Origin: an uncultured Ardenticatenaceae bacterium
GTDB taxonomy: Bacteria > Chloroflexota > Anaerolineae > Promineifilales > Promineifilaceae
NCBI GenBank assembly: GCA_964405285.1
Contig: CAYONK010000001.1
Coordinates: 1-42,412, forward strand
Reading direction: 5' to 3'
DNA length: 42,412 nt
This document shows positions 1 through 8,574 of the stretch, piece after piece. The notes beneath the pieces were generated by a model, which was not told the DNA's origin, did no database searches, and was given only the letters and a program-made list of their open reading frames with translations. How positions within the stretch are numbered: position 1 is the first letter of the stretch; every line of letters begins with the position of its first letter. Position numbers and translations under genes: made by a program.

Positions 1-2418
1 GCTGCTTGCTGGCATAACTGCGGTGGACAGCGGTGTGTACTAAAAGCGCAGGTAGTAGACGGCATTGTGCAACGGGTAAAAACTGACGACACTCGAGTTG
101 ATACATCGGAAACGCTGCAAGTTCGTGCTTGCGCCCGCGGCCGTTCTCAACAGCACAATGTCTATGGCGTTGACCGGCTTAAATACCCTATGAAGCGCAA
201 GCATTGGGAACCGGGTGGCGGCCGTAAAGATCTGCGTGGCCGGGACGAATGGATCCGCATCACCTGGGATGAAGCGTTAGATATTGCCGCCAGCGAAATC
301 AAGCGCATCATCGACACCCACGGCAGTGAATCGATTATGGAACTGGGCAGCACGCTCAGCCGCATGATGTCTCTAACCGGCGGGGCTACTCGCTCTTGGG
401 GAACCACATCCTGGGGAACCTGGTTCTATACTGGCCCTATGATCGGTTTGGGCGATGGTCTCTCCATTACCAGCCATAACGACCGGATGGATCTGCAAAA
501 CTCGGACCTTATTGTTATCTGGGGCGGCAATCCGGCCTGGAGCGCCCAGGGCAACAATATGTACTTTTACCTGGAAGCGAAGCGCGCTGGGGCCAAGTTC
601 ATCTTTATCGATCCCTACTACAACGACTCGGCCATGATTTTGGCTGACGATTGGGTTCCAGTACGGCCGGCAACAGACCACGCACTGGCTTTGGGCATGG
701 CCTACACCTTGCTCGAAGAAGATGATCCCGATAGCAACCCACTCATCGACTGGGATTTCCTTTACCGCTGCACCGTTGGTTTTGACCGAGACCATATGCC
801 GGAGGGGGCCAATCCTGATGATAACTTTGTTGATTACGTCATGGGTCGTCTGGATGGCGAACCAAAAACACCTGAATGGGCCGCCAAAGTTTGTGGCATA
901 AACGCCCATCGAATCCGGCGTCTGGCCCGTGAGATCGCCCGCACTCCCCGCGTGGCGCTGCACACAGCCTGGGCGCCGGCCCGCACCCATAACACCGATT
1001 CCTGGCCCCAAATGTTTATGACGTTGGGCGCCATGACCGGTAATATCGGTAAATCGGGCTGTATGACCGGCGTAAGCTGCTGGGAGAAAACGGCCGATGG
1101 TGGCCCTGGTCTCATCGGTAGCGGGGGTGGTGGCGTCCCGCGCATTGACGACCTACCAGAACAAGTGCCGACCCGCATTAACAACAACGAACTATGGGAT
1201 GCTATTCTGACAGGTAAATACACGGCCGGCTACCAGGACATGCGCGACATCAATATTCAGATGATCATGCACGACGGTGGATCAGCCCTTAATCAGAAAG
1301 TTGGCATGGTCAAGGGTATTGCTGCCCACCGAGAGGTGGAATTCGTGATGACGCTGAACTTCACCCACAACAGCAACTCCAAATACTCTGACCTGGTGCT
1401 GCCTGTTACCACCCAATGGGAACGGACCGGGTTGCTGCGTGGTAATCGGAGCCATCTGATCTGGGCACGGCAGATCACTGAACCTATCTTTGAAGCCCGT
1501 GATGATGACTGGATTGCTGCTGAAATCGGCCGTCGGCTTGGTTTCGACCCCGACCTGATTACACCAGTGTCATTGGAACAGCAGGTGTTCAACCAACTGG
1601 CTGGGGCCTGGGTCATGAAGGAAGACGGCTCCGAGCGCGAACCGCTGCTGACCATAACGGCCGCTGACATTGCCGAAATGGGTGTCACTGGCGAGCCGCA
1701 GAGTGGCCGCATCACACTCCAGGAATTCAAAGAAAAAGGTGTCTACGTGGTTCCGCGCCGCAAAGGAGACAATCTGACCTACATCGCCCACAAGGCGTTC
1801 CGCGATGATCCGGAAGAAAATCCGTTGCCAACGCCAAGCGGTAAACTGGAAATCCATTGCCAGGACATCGTCAACTTCGTCAAAAATTCTGGCTTTGATG
1901 AAATTGAACCAATTCCGGTTTATAAGAAGCCAATTGAGGGTTACGAGGATACCTTCCGCGACTGGAATAACCAGGTTAAGGGTGACTATCCGCTGCAACT
2001 ATTTACTATTCACTATCGTCGGCGTTCACACTCCATCTTTGACAACGTGCCCTGGCTGCGTGAGAGTTTCCCGCAGGAATTCATGATGAGTCCGCTGGAT
2101 GCTCAGGTACGCGGTTTGAAGTCCGGTGACACCGTGTTAATCCGTAGTCGCCACGGGACGGTCATTCGACCGGTGTTTGTTACCGAACGGATGCGACCAG
2201 GGGTGGTAACGTTAGGTGAAGGTGCCTGGGCCGAAGTGGATGAAGAGAGTGGCGTTGATAAGGCCGGCTCAACCAATATCCTTAATGGTGCAATCCCCAC
2301 GGGTCAGGGGCATCAGGGTTGGAATACCTGTAACGTACAGGTTGAGAAATATAACGGCCCCATCGATCTTCAAGCGGACGTTAAGTGGCCCCAACGGTCA
2401 CCCTTAAGGGAGGTATAA
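1..2418 (+). CDS. dmsA: Molybdopterin (bis-MGD) oxidoreductase catalytic subunit, DMSO-reductase family (DmsA-like); 5' end truncated by window edge
   Basis: Frame 1 is open from nt 1 and reads AACWHNCGGQRCVLKAQVVDGIV, a Cys-rich N-terminal 4Fe-4S motif, before the tracked GTG at 67. Length and sequence are typical of the DmsA/TorA superfamily. dmsB- and dmsC-like genes follow immediately. Confidence 0.9.
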   Translation, partial: AACWHNCGGQRCVLKAQVVDGIVQRVKTDDTRVDTSETLQVRACARGRSQQHNVYGVDRLKYPMKRKHWEPGGGRKDLRGRDEWIRITWDEALDIAASEIKRIIDTHGSESIMELGSTLSRMMSLTGGATRSWGTTSWGTWFYTGPMIGLGDGLSITSHNDRMDLQNSDLIVIWGGNPAWSAQGNNMYFYLEAKRAGAKFIFIDPYYNDSAMILADDWVPVRPATDHALALGMAYTLLEEDDPDSNPLIDWDFLYRCTVGFDRDHMPEGANPDDNFVDYVMGRLDGEPKTPEWAAKVCGINAHRIRRLAREIARTPRVALHTAWAPARTHNTDSWPQMFMTLGAMTGNIGKSGCMTGVSCWEKTADGGPGLIGSGGGGVPRIDDLPEQVPTRINNNELWDAILTGKYTAGYQDMRDINIQMIMHDGGSALNQKVGMVKGIAAHREVEFVMTLNFTHNSNSKYSDLVLPVTTQWERTGLLRGNRSHLIWARQITEPIFEARDDDWIAAEIGRRLGFDPDLITPVSLEQQVFNQLAGAWVMKEDGSEREPLLTITAADIAEMGVTGEPQSGRITLQEFKEKGVYVVPRRKGDNLTYIAHKAFRDDPEENPLPTPSGKLEIHCQDIVNFVKNSGFDEIEPIPVYKKPIEGYEDTFRDWNNQVKGDYPLQLFTIHYRRRSHSIFDNVPWLRESFPQEFMMSPLDAQVRGLKSGDTVLIRSRHGTVIRPVFVTERMRPGVVTLGEGAWAEVDEESGVDKAGSTNILNGAIPTGQGHQGWNTCNVQVEKYNGPIDLQADVKWPQRSPLREV

Positions 2419-2419
2419 C

Positions 2420-3058
2420 ATGGCGAAACAATTAGCCTTTTACTTTAACGCCAGCGCCTGCAACGGGTGTGAAGCCTGCGTCATTGCCTGTAAGTCAAAA
2501 AACGCTTTCCCGGTAGGTATTAACTGGCGACGTGTACATCAATATGGTGGTGGCACCTGGATTCCAGATCCGGAAGACAAGAATTTGATGGTTCCCAGTG
2601 GTGTCTTTGCCTACTCAATCTCGGCGGCTTGTATGCACTGCATCAAACCCGTCTGTGCCCACGTCTGTCCTTCATCGGCGATTTTCAAGCGGGAAGAGGA
2701 TGGCGTGGTGCTGATTAACGCTGAACGGTGTATTGGCTGCCGCTACTGTGAGTGGGCCTGCCCCTACGGTGCGCCCCAGTATAATGAGTCTGTCGGCCAG
2801 ATGACCAAGTGTGACTTCTGTATTGACCTGCTGGAAAAGGGTGAGGAACCGTTCTGTACTGCCTCCTGCCCTATGCGAGCACTGGAATTCGGTGAACTGG
2901 ATGATCTGCGGGCCAAGTATGGTGATGTGGCCGCCATTGAACCGTTACCAGCCGCACGCATTACGGATCCCGCATTGGTTATCACCCCTCATCGTGATTC
3001 CCGGCCAAGCGGCACAGGTAACGGCCGTATCATTGGGCCAAAGGAGGAAATGTCATGA
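2420..3058 (+). CDS. dmsB: 4Fe-4S ferredoxin-type electron-transfer subunit (DmsB-like)
   Basis: Four Cys clusters: CNGCEACVIAC, CMHCIKPVCAHVCP, CIGCRYCEWACP and CDFCIDLL...CTASCP. Starts 1 nt after the dmsA stop. Confidence 0.92.
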   Translation: MAKQLAFYFNASACNGCEACVIACKSKNAFPVGINWRRVHQYGGGTWIPDPEDKNLMVPSGVFAYSISAACMHCIKPVCAHVCPSSAIFKREEDGVVLINAERCIGCRYCEWACPYGAPQYNESVGQMTKCDFCIDLLEKGEEPFCTASCPMRALEFGELDDLRAKYGDVAAIEPLPAARITDPALVITPHRDSRPSGTGNGRIIGPKEEMS

Positions 3059-3975
3059 ATATGCATGATTGGTCGTTGATCGCCTTTACTATTCTGGCGC
3101 AAATGTCCGTGGGTGCCTTTGTTATCCTGGGTATTGTCCACTTCGTGGCATTGCGTCAGGCTGGAGAGGCCGAAGCCAACCAACTCAGTAACCGCGCCCT
3201 GTTGGCCATTGGGCCGGTACTCCTGTTGGGAATGTTTGCCTCATTGCTTCACCTGGGTAACCCGCTGAACGCATATCTGGCTATTAGCAATCTAGGAGGA
3301 TCCTGGCTGAGTTTGGAAATTCTGTTGGGTGTTATCTTTGCCGTTCTAGGTGGTATTTTTGCCATCATGCAGTGGCGGAACATAGGCAGCTTTACCATAC
3401 GCAATGTGGTCGCCTTGTTAGCCGCTGTGACCGGTTTGGTTCTAGTGTATGCTATGGCTAGAATTTACATGCTGGAAGCACAACCCGCCTGGAATACACC
3501 ATTTACGCTTATTTCTTTCTATACGACGGCGTTCTTGCTCGGCAGTTTAGCGATTGGGGCTGCTTTTGTGGCCAACTATGCTTACTTGCAACGAAAAAGT
3601 GACGCTGATCTACAAACACAGGCACAGCTTCTGCGCGATAATATTCGCTGGATTGCCCTCCTTTCGATTGGGCTGTTAGGGGTTGTTCTAATTATGATGC
3701 CCCTCCATGTGGCCAGCTTGTCGGCCGGTGAGGCCGCAGCACAAGCCAGTGGCCGTATGCTTGTTGAGCAATATGGTCTACTGTTTGGGGTGAGGCTGGC
3801 ATTGGCTTTCATAGGAGCGGGGGTGATTGCCCTATTCTTATATCGTAACGCAGTTACACCTGGGCGTGAACGGCTGCTAGGTAACTTGGCCTATTCTGCA
3901 TTTGCCCTGGTCTTTGTGGCCGAAGTGATGGGGCGCTATCTTTTCTACGCGACGTATATCAGGATCGGCATCTAA
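3055..3975 (+). CDS. dmsC: Polytopic membrane anchor subunit (DmsC-like)
   Basis: 306 aa, hydrophobic throughout with about 8 predicted TM helices. ATGA 4-nt overlap with the dmsB stop. Its position is canonical for dmsABC. Confidence 0.75.
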   Translation: MNMHDWSLIAFTILAQMSVGAFVILGIVHFVALRQAGEAEANQLSNRALLAIGPVLLLGMFASLLHLGNPLNAYLAISNLGGSWLSLEILLGVIFAVLGGIFAIMQWRNIGSFTIRNVVALLAAVTGLVLVYAMARIYMLEAQPAWNTPFTLISFYTTAFLLGSLAIGAAFVANYAYLQRKSDADLQTQAQLLRDNIRWIALLSIGLLGVVLIMMPLHVASLSAGEAAAQASGRMLVEQYGLLFGVRLALAFIGAGVIALFLYRNAVTPGRERLLGNLAYSAFALVFVAEVMGRYLFYATYIRIGI

Positions 3976-4010
3976 CAACATCAGGATGCGCTGATTGGTT
4001 CAACTTAATA

Positions 4011-4047
4011 CTGGGGAGGTGGCTTGATCCGCCTCCCCAGTTTAATT
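4011..4047 (+). terminator. Rho-independent terminator after dmsC
   Basis: 9-bp GC-rich stem, CTGGGGAGG (4011-4019) pairing with CCTCCCCAG (4032-4040). 12-nt loop, followed by TTTAATTT. Confidence 0.6.
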
Positions 4048-4175
4048 TCTGACAGATCACCTGAATTTTTGTTACGTTTGTCGCTCGCATCAGGGTGCAA
4101 TGTCATTGTTGCTATGCAAAATTGCCATCTACAATGAGGAAGCTGCGCAAAAGTAACTAAATCTAAGCGAAAAAG

Positions 4176-5510
4176 GTGAAAATCATGATCATAGATGTAA
4201 ACCGACAAACCCTACGACAGATTAAAAATCCCAGTTTTGTGTCCTATGCCAAAATCTACGTCGGTATCTACGATCAATTCATGGCCCAATTCGAGACGGC
4301 AGGCGTAGAAATTGATGCTGCCTGCTATCAGGAGCAGGTGGCCGAGAAAATGGCTGCCTTGCGCGAAAAAGGGGCTATCTTTCGCAACCAGGGCAAAAGC
4401 ATCTACGTCAATCAGATTTCGCCTGCCTGCGAAGCTTGCCAACTGGGCATTGGCAGCGCCACTTTCTTCGTCTCGTTGAAGTGCCACCGCGACTGCTACT
4501 ACTGCTTCAACCCAAATCAGGAAAACTACGACCACTTCACCCAACATCAGCGCGATCTCGTCAGGGAGCTGGCTGAGGTTCGGGTAGCCGGGCAGAAAAT
4601 CAGGCATCTGGCTCTTACCGGCGGAGAACCGCTCCTACACAAAGAGGAAGCTGTCGCCTTCTACCAATATGCCAGCGACAACTTCCCGGATGCGTTCAAA
4701 CGGCTCTACACCTGCGGCGATTATGCCGACGCCGAGATTTTGGCCCGGCTGAAAGACGCGGGCCTGGATGAAATCCGCTTTAGCATCCGGATGCACGATC
4801 TGGCTAAGGGCCATCGCTTTGTCTTTGAGCGTATTGCCCTGGCCAAACAATATATTCCCCACGTTATGGTGGAAATGCCCATTTTGCCCGGTACGTTAGA
4901 GACGATGAAAGAGGTTTTGCTAGAGCTGGACCGTTTGGGCGTTTCGAGCATTAACTTGTTGGAGTTCTGCTTCCCGCTGTTGAATGCAGGTGCTTTCCGA
5001 GATAGAGGGTTCAAACTCAAGGCTCGGCCGTATAAGATCCTCTACAATTACTGGTACGCTGGCGGCCTGCCTATCGCCCGTAGCGAACTAGAATGCCTGG
5101 ACCTGCTCGATTTTGCCATTGACCAGCAGTTGACGATGGGCGTCCATTACTGCTCTCTGGAAAATAAGCACACCGGGCAAATCTATCAGCAAAACCTCGG
5201 CCAACCTGTTCCCCCAACGCATTATTTTTCGGACAAGGATTATTTCTTGAAATCGGCTAAGGTGTATGGCGATGACATCCCGAAGGTTCTTAAGGTGTTG
5301 CGGCAAAAGCGTGTTAAAGAGTTTGCGCGCAATGAGGATTATGATTATTTGGAGTTTCACGTGGATCAGATCAGGTTGCTGGGCAAAATGAACGTCGAGG
5401 TTGGTATCTCGTCTAGCGTGTTTGAGGTGCGGCCGGATGGCCAATATCTGCGTGAACTTAAGGTGGATTTAACCTATCCCGGTCTGTTCGACCCAGACCA
5501 GGATATTTAG
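4176..5510 (+). CDS. Radical SAM domain protein (start may be ATG 4185)
   Basis: CHRDCYYCFNP is a CxxxCxxC radical-SAM cluster motif. GGEPLL is a SAM-binding-type motif. An AAAGGTG SD-like sequence lies before ATG 4185. Confidence 0.8.
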   Translation: MKIMIIDVNRQTLRQIKNPSFVSYAKIYVGIYDQFMAQFETAGVEIDAACYQEQVAEKMAALREKGAIFRNQGKSIYVNQISPACEACQLGIGSATFFVSLKCHRDCYYCFNPNQENYDHFTQHQRDLVRELAEVRVAGQKIRHLALTGGEPLLHKEEAVAFYQYASDNFPDAFKRLYTCGDYADAEILARLKDAGLDEIRFSIRMHDLAKGHRFVFERIALAKQYIPHVMVEMPILPGTLETMKEVLLELDRLGVSSINLLEFCFPLLNAGAFRDRGFKLKARPYKILYNYWYAGGLPIARSELECLDLLDFAIDQQLTMGVHYCSLENKHTGQIYQQNLGQPVPPTHYFSDKDYFLKSAKVYGDDIPKVLKVLRQKRVKEFARNEDYDYLEFHVDQIRLLGKMNVEVGISSSVFEVRPDGQYLRELKVDLTYPGLFDPDQDI

Positions 5511-5514
5511 GAGT

Positions 5515-6228
5515 GTGATGATGAAAAGCAACGGCCGTTCCGCCGGACCACAATGGCATTCGATCCTGACCGGAGAACTACTGCTCACCGGTCTCCTGGG
5601 CAAACTTCTTTATACATATCCCGACCGCGATTTGTTGGCAATAGTCAGCGAGGAAGATTTTTTTGCTGAAGCTCCCTTCGCTGAGGCGCAGCCGGCCGTG
5701 CTAGAGGGGTTAACCCTGCTGCAAAAATGGAGCCGGGAGCAACAAGTCGCCGCGCCCGACGAGGCGCTCGACCAATTGCGGGCAGACTACACCCGCCTTT
5801 TTATCGGTCCGGGCAAGGTGTTGGCCCCGCTTTGGGAATCAGTCCATTCTGGTGAAGAGCGCCTGACTTTCCAGCAAGAAACTCTCGATGTGCGCCTATG
5901 GTATCAGCGTTTTGGCCTCGAAGCAGTCAACCAATATCACGAGCCGGACGATCATATCGGCCTGGAATTCGCTTTTCTGGCTCACCTGGCCGGTCGCGCT
6001 TTGGCAGCATTAGAACAGGACGATCAGCAGGCATTTAACTTCTTATTACAAGCGCAACGACAATTCTTGGCGGAGCATTTGCTGAGATGGGCGTTTGCCT
6101 GGTGCGCCCTGGTTGAGGAGCATGGGCAGACTGATTTTTATCGCGGCCTTGCCAAATTGGTTGCGGGTATGTTGACAGAACTACGTGACCGGACGCTGGC
6201 GGAATTACCAGCGGGGGCGCTGGCGTGA
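5515..6228 (+). CDS. TorD/DmsD-family redox-enzyme maturation chaperone
   Basis: YTRLFIGPG and EPDDHIGLEFAFLAHL are motifs characteristic of TorD-like chaperones. AGGAG SD just upstream. Confidence 0.8.
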   Translation: MMMKSNGRSAGPQWHSILTGELLLTGLLGKLLYTYPDRDLLAIVSEEDFFAEAPFAEAQPAVLEGLTLLQKWSREQQVAAPDEALDQLRADYTRLFIGPGKVLAPLWESVHSGEERLTFQQETLDVRLWYQRFGLEAVNQYHEPDDHIGLEFAFLAHLAGRALAALEQDDQQAFNFLLQAQRQFLAEHLLRWAFAWCALVEEHGQTDFYRGLAKLVAGMLTELRDRTLAELPAGALA

Positions 6229-7415
6229 ACTTATTGGCCTTAATTGAGCAGTTGGCGGAGGCTGCTGCCAGCCCTACAGGCGTCAGCCTGGATGCTGATC
6301 GTTGCTTGCACCGGCGCGACAAGCTGTCAGACTGCGACGCCTGTTTTGCCCTATGCCCAACGGGAGCCATTGAGCCGGGCAAGCCGCCGTCGTTCAATCA
6401 GGAGGCTTGCGTGCGTTGCCGGGCCTGTTTGCCGGTGTGCCCAACGCAAGCCTACCAGGCCGCAGACGAGATTATCCCGTTGCTTAAGCAGGCGATGCGG
6501 ATCAAAGGTAGCCGCCTGGAACTGGTTTGTGGGCTGCACCCGAACGAGGGAAGCGGCTTGCCGGAAGCAGATGCGGCTTTTCTGACGCGGGGTTGTCTGG
6601 CTGGGTTAGGCGCAGGAACTCATCTGGCGCTCCTGGCCCTGGGGCTTGACGAGATTGTCTTGCGCACAGACGCCTGCGCCGATTGTCCGTTAGGCGGGCT
6701 GCATGGAGAAATTGAGAAGCAGGCAACGGCCGTTTCCCGGCTCCTCCACACCTGGCCCAATACCGGGTCCGTTCGCTGCACCGGCCCACTCAACAGCGCC
6801 AACCTGGTCAAAAGGGCTATCCGCCTGGCCGATACCCCGCCACTCTCGCGCCGCGAACTATTTCGGCTGAACAAAGAACAGCCCCCCACGATCCCCGCCT
6901 GGTTGGAAGGTGGCAATGAAGCTGCCCGCCCCTCAACCAACCATCGCTTCATCATAACCGCCCTGGCGAAGTTCGGTCAGCCAGACCCGACGCTACCCGC
7001 TCCCGTTTTCACCGATCTGGGGCTGGCGGCCATAGAGGTAGATGGCAACACCTGCACGGCCTGCGGCGTTTGCGCCCGCGCCTGCCCCACCGGCGCCCTG
7101 CGCTTCACCGAAGAAAACCAGACGTTCTGCCTCTCCTTTGCCGCGCCCAATTGCATCGGCTGCGAGTTGTGCGCCCACGTCTGTATGCCTGAGTCCATCA
7201 CCGTCGAACACAATCCTTCCTGGGATCAGCTTTTCCCCACCGAGATGCCAGCCACTCTTCTGACGGGACCGTTAACGTCTTGCGAGCGATGCCATAGCCA
7301 CTTTTTCGCCAGAGATGACCAACGTTATTGCGCCATTTGTGAAATGAGGCGGCAGAATCCCTTTGCTTCGCTGCTGCCTGGTGGCTTTGACCGACAGCGC
7401 GCTGAACAGACGTAG
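6225..7415 (+). CDS. Multi-cluster 4Fe-4S ferredoxin-domain protein with C-terminal CxxC...CxxC
   Basis: Cluster motifs CDACFALCP, CVRCRACLPVCP, CTACGVCARACP and CIGCELCAHVCMP. C-terminal CERCHS...CAICE. GTGA overlap with the upstream gene. Confidence 0.8.
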   Translation: MNLLALIEQLAEAAASPTGVSLDADRCLHRRDKLSDCDACFALCPTGAIEPGKPPSFNQEACVRCRACLPVCPTQAYQAADEIIPLLKQAMRIKGSRLELVCGLHPNEGSGLPEADAAFLTRGCLAGLGAGTHLALLALGLDEIVLRTDACADCPLGGLHGEIEKQATAVSRLLHTWPNTGSVRCTGPLNSANLVKRAIRLADTPPLSRRELFRLNKEQPPTIPAWLEGGNEAARPSTNHRFIITALAKFGQPDPTLPAPVFTDLGLAAIEVDGNTCTACGVCARACPTGALRFTEENQTFCLSFAAPNCIGCELCAHVCMPESITVEHNPSWDQLFPTEMPATLLTGPLTSCERCHSHFFARDDQRYCAICEMRRQNPFASLLPGGFDRQRAEQT

Positions 7416-7433
7416 ACCACCAAAGGATTACTT

Positions 7434-8057
7434 ATGACAACTTTGCAAACAATTCTGGAGATTTCTGCCTCGCGGCACAAACATTTGTGCCCACGACAGG
7501 TGTTAGGGGCGCGGATGGGTCTGGCGGGTGTCGCCGCTCTTGGCCTGGAAGCGCCGCGCAGCGATAAACGGCTGCTCGTGTTTGTGGAAACAGACGGGTG
7601 CTTTGCCGATGGGGTGGAGGTGGCAACCGGCTGCACAATGGGACATCGCACACTGCGCCTGGCTGATTATGGCAAGATTGCGGCGACCTTTGTGGACGTG
7701 AGGACGGAAACGGCCGTTCGCGTTGCCGCCCAACTCGACATCCGGGAAAAAGCCATCCACTACGCCCCAGAGGAAAAGAAGCGCTATTTCGCCCAACTGG
7801 CCGGTTACCAAAAAATGCCAGACACGGAACTGCTAACAATCCAACCCGTGCGCCTGACAACGCCGGTGCGCCAGATTGTCAGCCGCGCCGGGGTGCGGGT
7901 AAATTGTGCCGCCTGTGGCGAAGAGATCGTCAACGAGCGAGAAGTACTGCGGGATGGGCAGCCATACTGCGTTGCTTGCGCCGGTTCCGCCTATTACGCG
8001 CCGGAAGAACTGCTCTTTGTCGTGGAGGCCAGGACCCCCCATTTTTTAGAGAGATAG
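7434..8057 (+). CDS. FmdE-family protein with C-terminal zinc ribbon
   Basis: HLCPRQVLGARMG, ETDGCFADGVEVATGCTMGHRTL and DYGKIAATFVD match the FmdE domain pattern. CAACGEE...YCVACAG is the zinc ribbon. AAAGGA SD upstream. Confidence 0.75.
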   Translation: MTTLQTILEISASRHKHLCPRQVLGARMGLAGVAALGLEAPRSDKRLLVFVETDGCFADGVEVATGCTMGHRTLRLADYGKIAATFVDVRTETAVRVAAQLDIREKAIHYAPEEKKRYFAQLAGYQKMPDTELLTIQPVRLTTPVRQIVSRAGVRVNCAACGEEIVNEREVLRDGQPYCVACAGSAYYAPEELLFVVEARTPHFLER

Positions 8058-8138
8058 TGCGGTAGCGCAGAGATTGGCTCATGAGAGCAACCTGGCGCCC
8101 TCCGCAGCACTGCTGCGATCTCTCAGACGGGCAGATTT

Positions 8139-8154
8139 TGTGAAACTTTTCACG
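8139..8154. promoter_or_regulatory. Candidate CRP/FNR-family binding site TGTGA-N6-TCACg
   Basis: TGTGAaactttTCACg matches 9 of 10 positions of the TGTGA-N6-TCACA consensus. It lies about 105 nt upstream of the small gene at 8259, in the 200-nt intergenic region. Confidence 0.35.
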
Positions 8155-8258
8155 AAATGGCGCGTATTAGAGAGCGGTCATGATGATACAGTTTGTTAGT
8201 TTGTGGGCTTGTTGGCGAGCAAACTCGCCAGCAAAGCTCACATACAAAAGGAAGTGAC

Positions 8259-8438
8259 ATGAGCGCTCAACCACAACCCGCAAAACAAGAGACTTTTTCC
8301 TGCGAAAGCTGCGCCATGCGCCAAAAAGCTGAGACCAACCCTAAATCGTTTTGGGCGCGGCTGTGGCGCTGGCACACCACCTGGTGCCCAGGTTGGAAAG
8401 CGTATCAGGCGCATCTGGCGCAGCAAGAAAAAGAGTGA
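8259..8438 (+). CDS. Small Cys/Trp-rich hypothetical protein (59 aa)
   Basis: ATG at 8259 is preceded by an AAAGGAAG SD. Sequence CESCAMR...RLWRWHTTWCPGWKAY. A strong terminator follows. The longer TTG start at 8193 seems less likely. Confidence 0.55.
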   Translation: MSAQPQPAKQETFSCESCAMRQKAETNPKSFWARLWRWHTTWCPGWKAYQAHLAQQEKE

Positions 8439-8478
8439 CCCCCCGCTGGTCTCTACTCATCCCCGCCATACTAACGTG

Positions 8479-8520
8479 AAAACGGCCGTTCTTCACCAGA
8501 AGAACGGCCGTTTTTGCTTT
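8479..8520. terminator. Intrinsic terminator built from two AACGGCCGTT palindromes (probably bidirectional, between convergent genes)
   Basis: AAAACGGCCGTTCTTC-acca-GAAGAACGGCCGTTTTT forms a 16-bp stem with a 4-nt loop and a T-tract. Confidence 0.8.
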
Positions 8521-8574
8521 GGCTGATTACCTGCCCGTTTGGTCCAGGCGCTAGTGGGGAATTATTGTGGGCAA

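Noticed and set aside
8481-8512. AACGGCCGTT pairs as terminal inverted repeats of a mobile element
   Set aside because: The motif is itself palindromic and scattered singly through coding regions in all frames. I saw no longer conserved flanks, target-site duplications or transposase.
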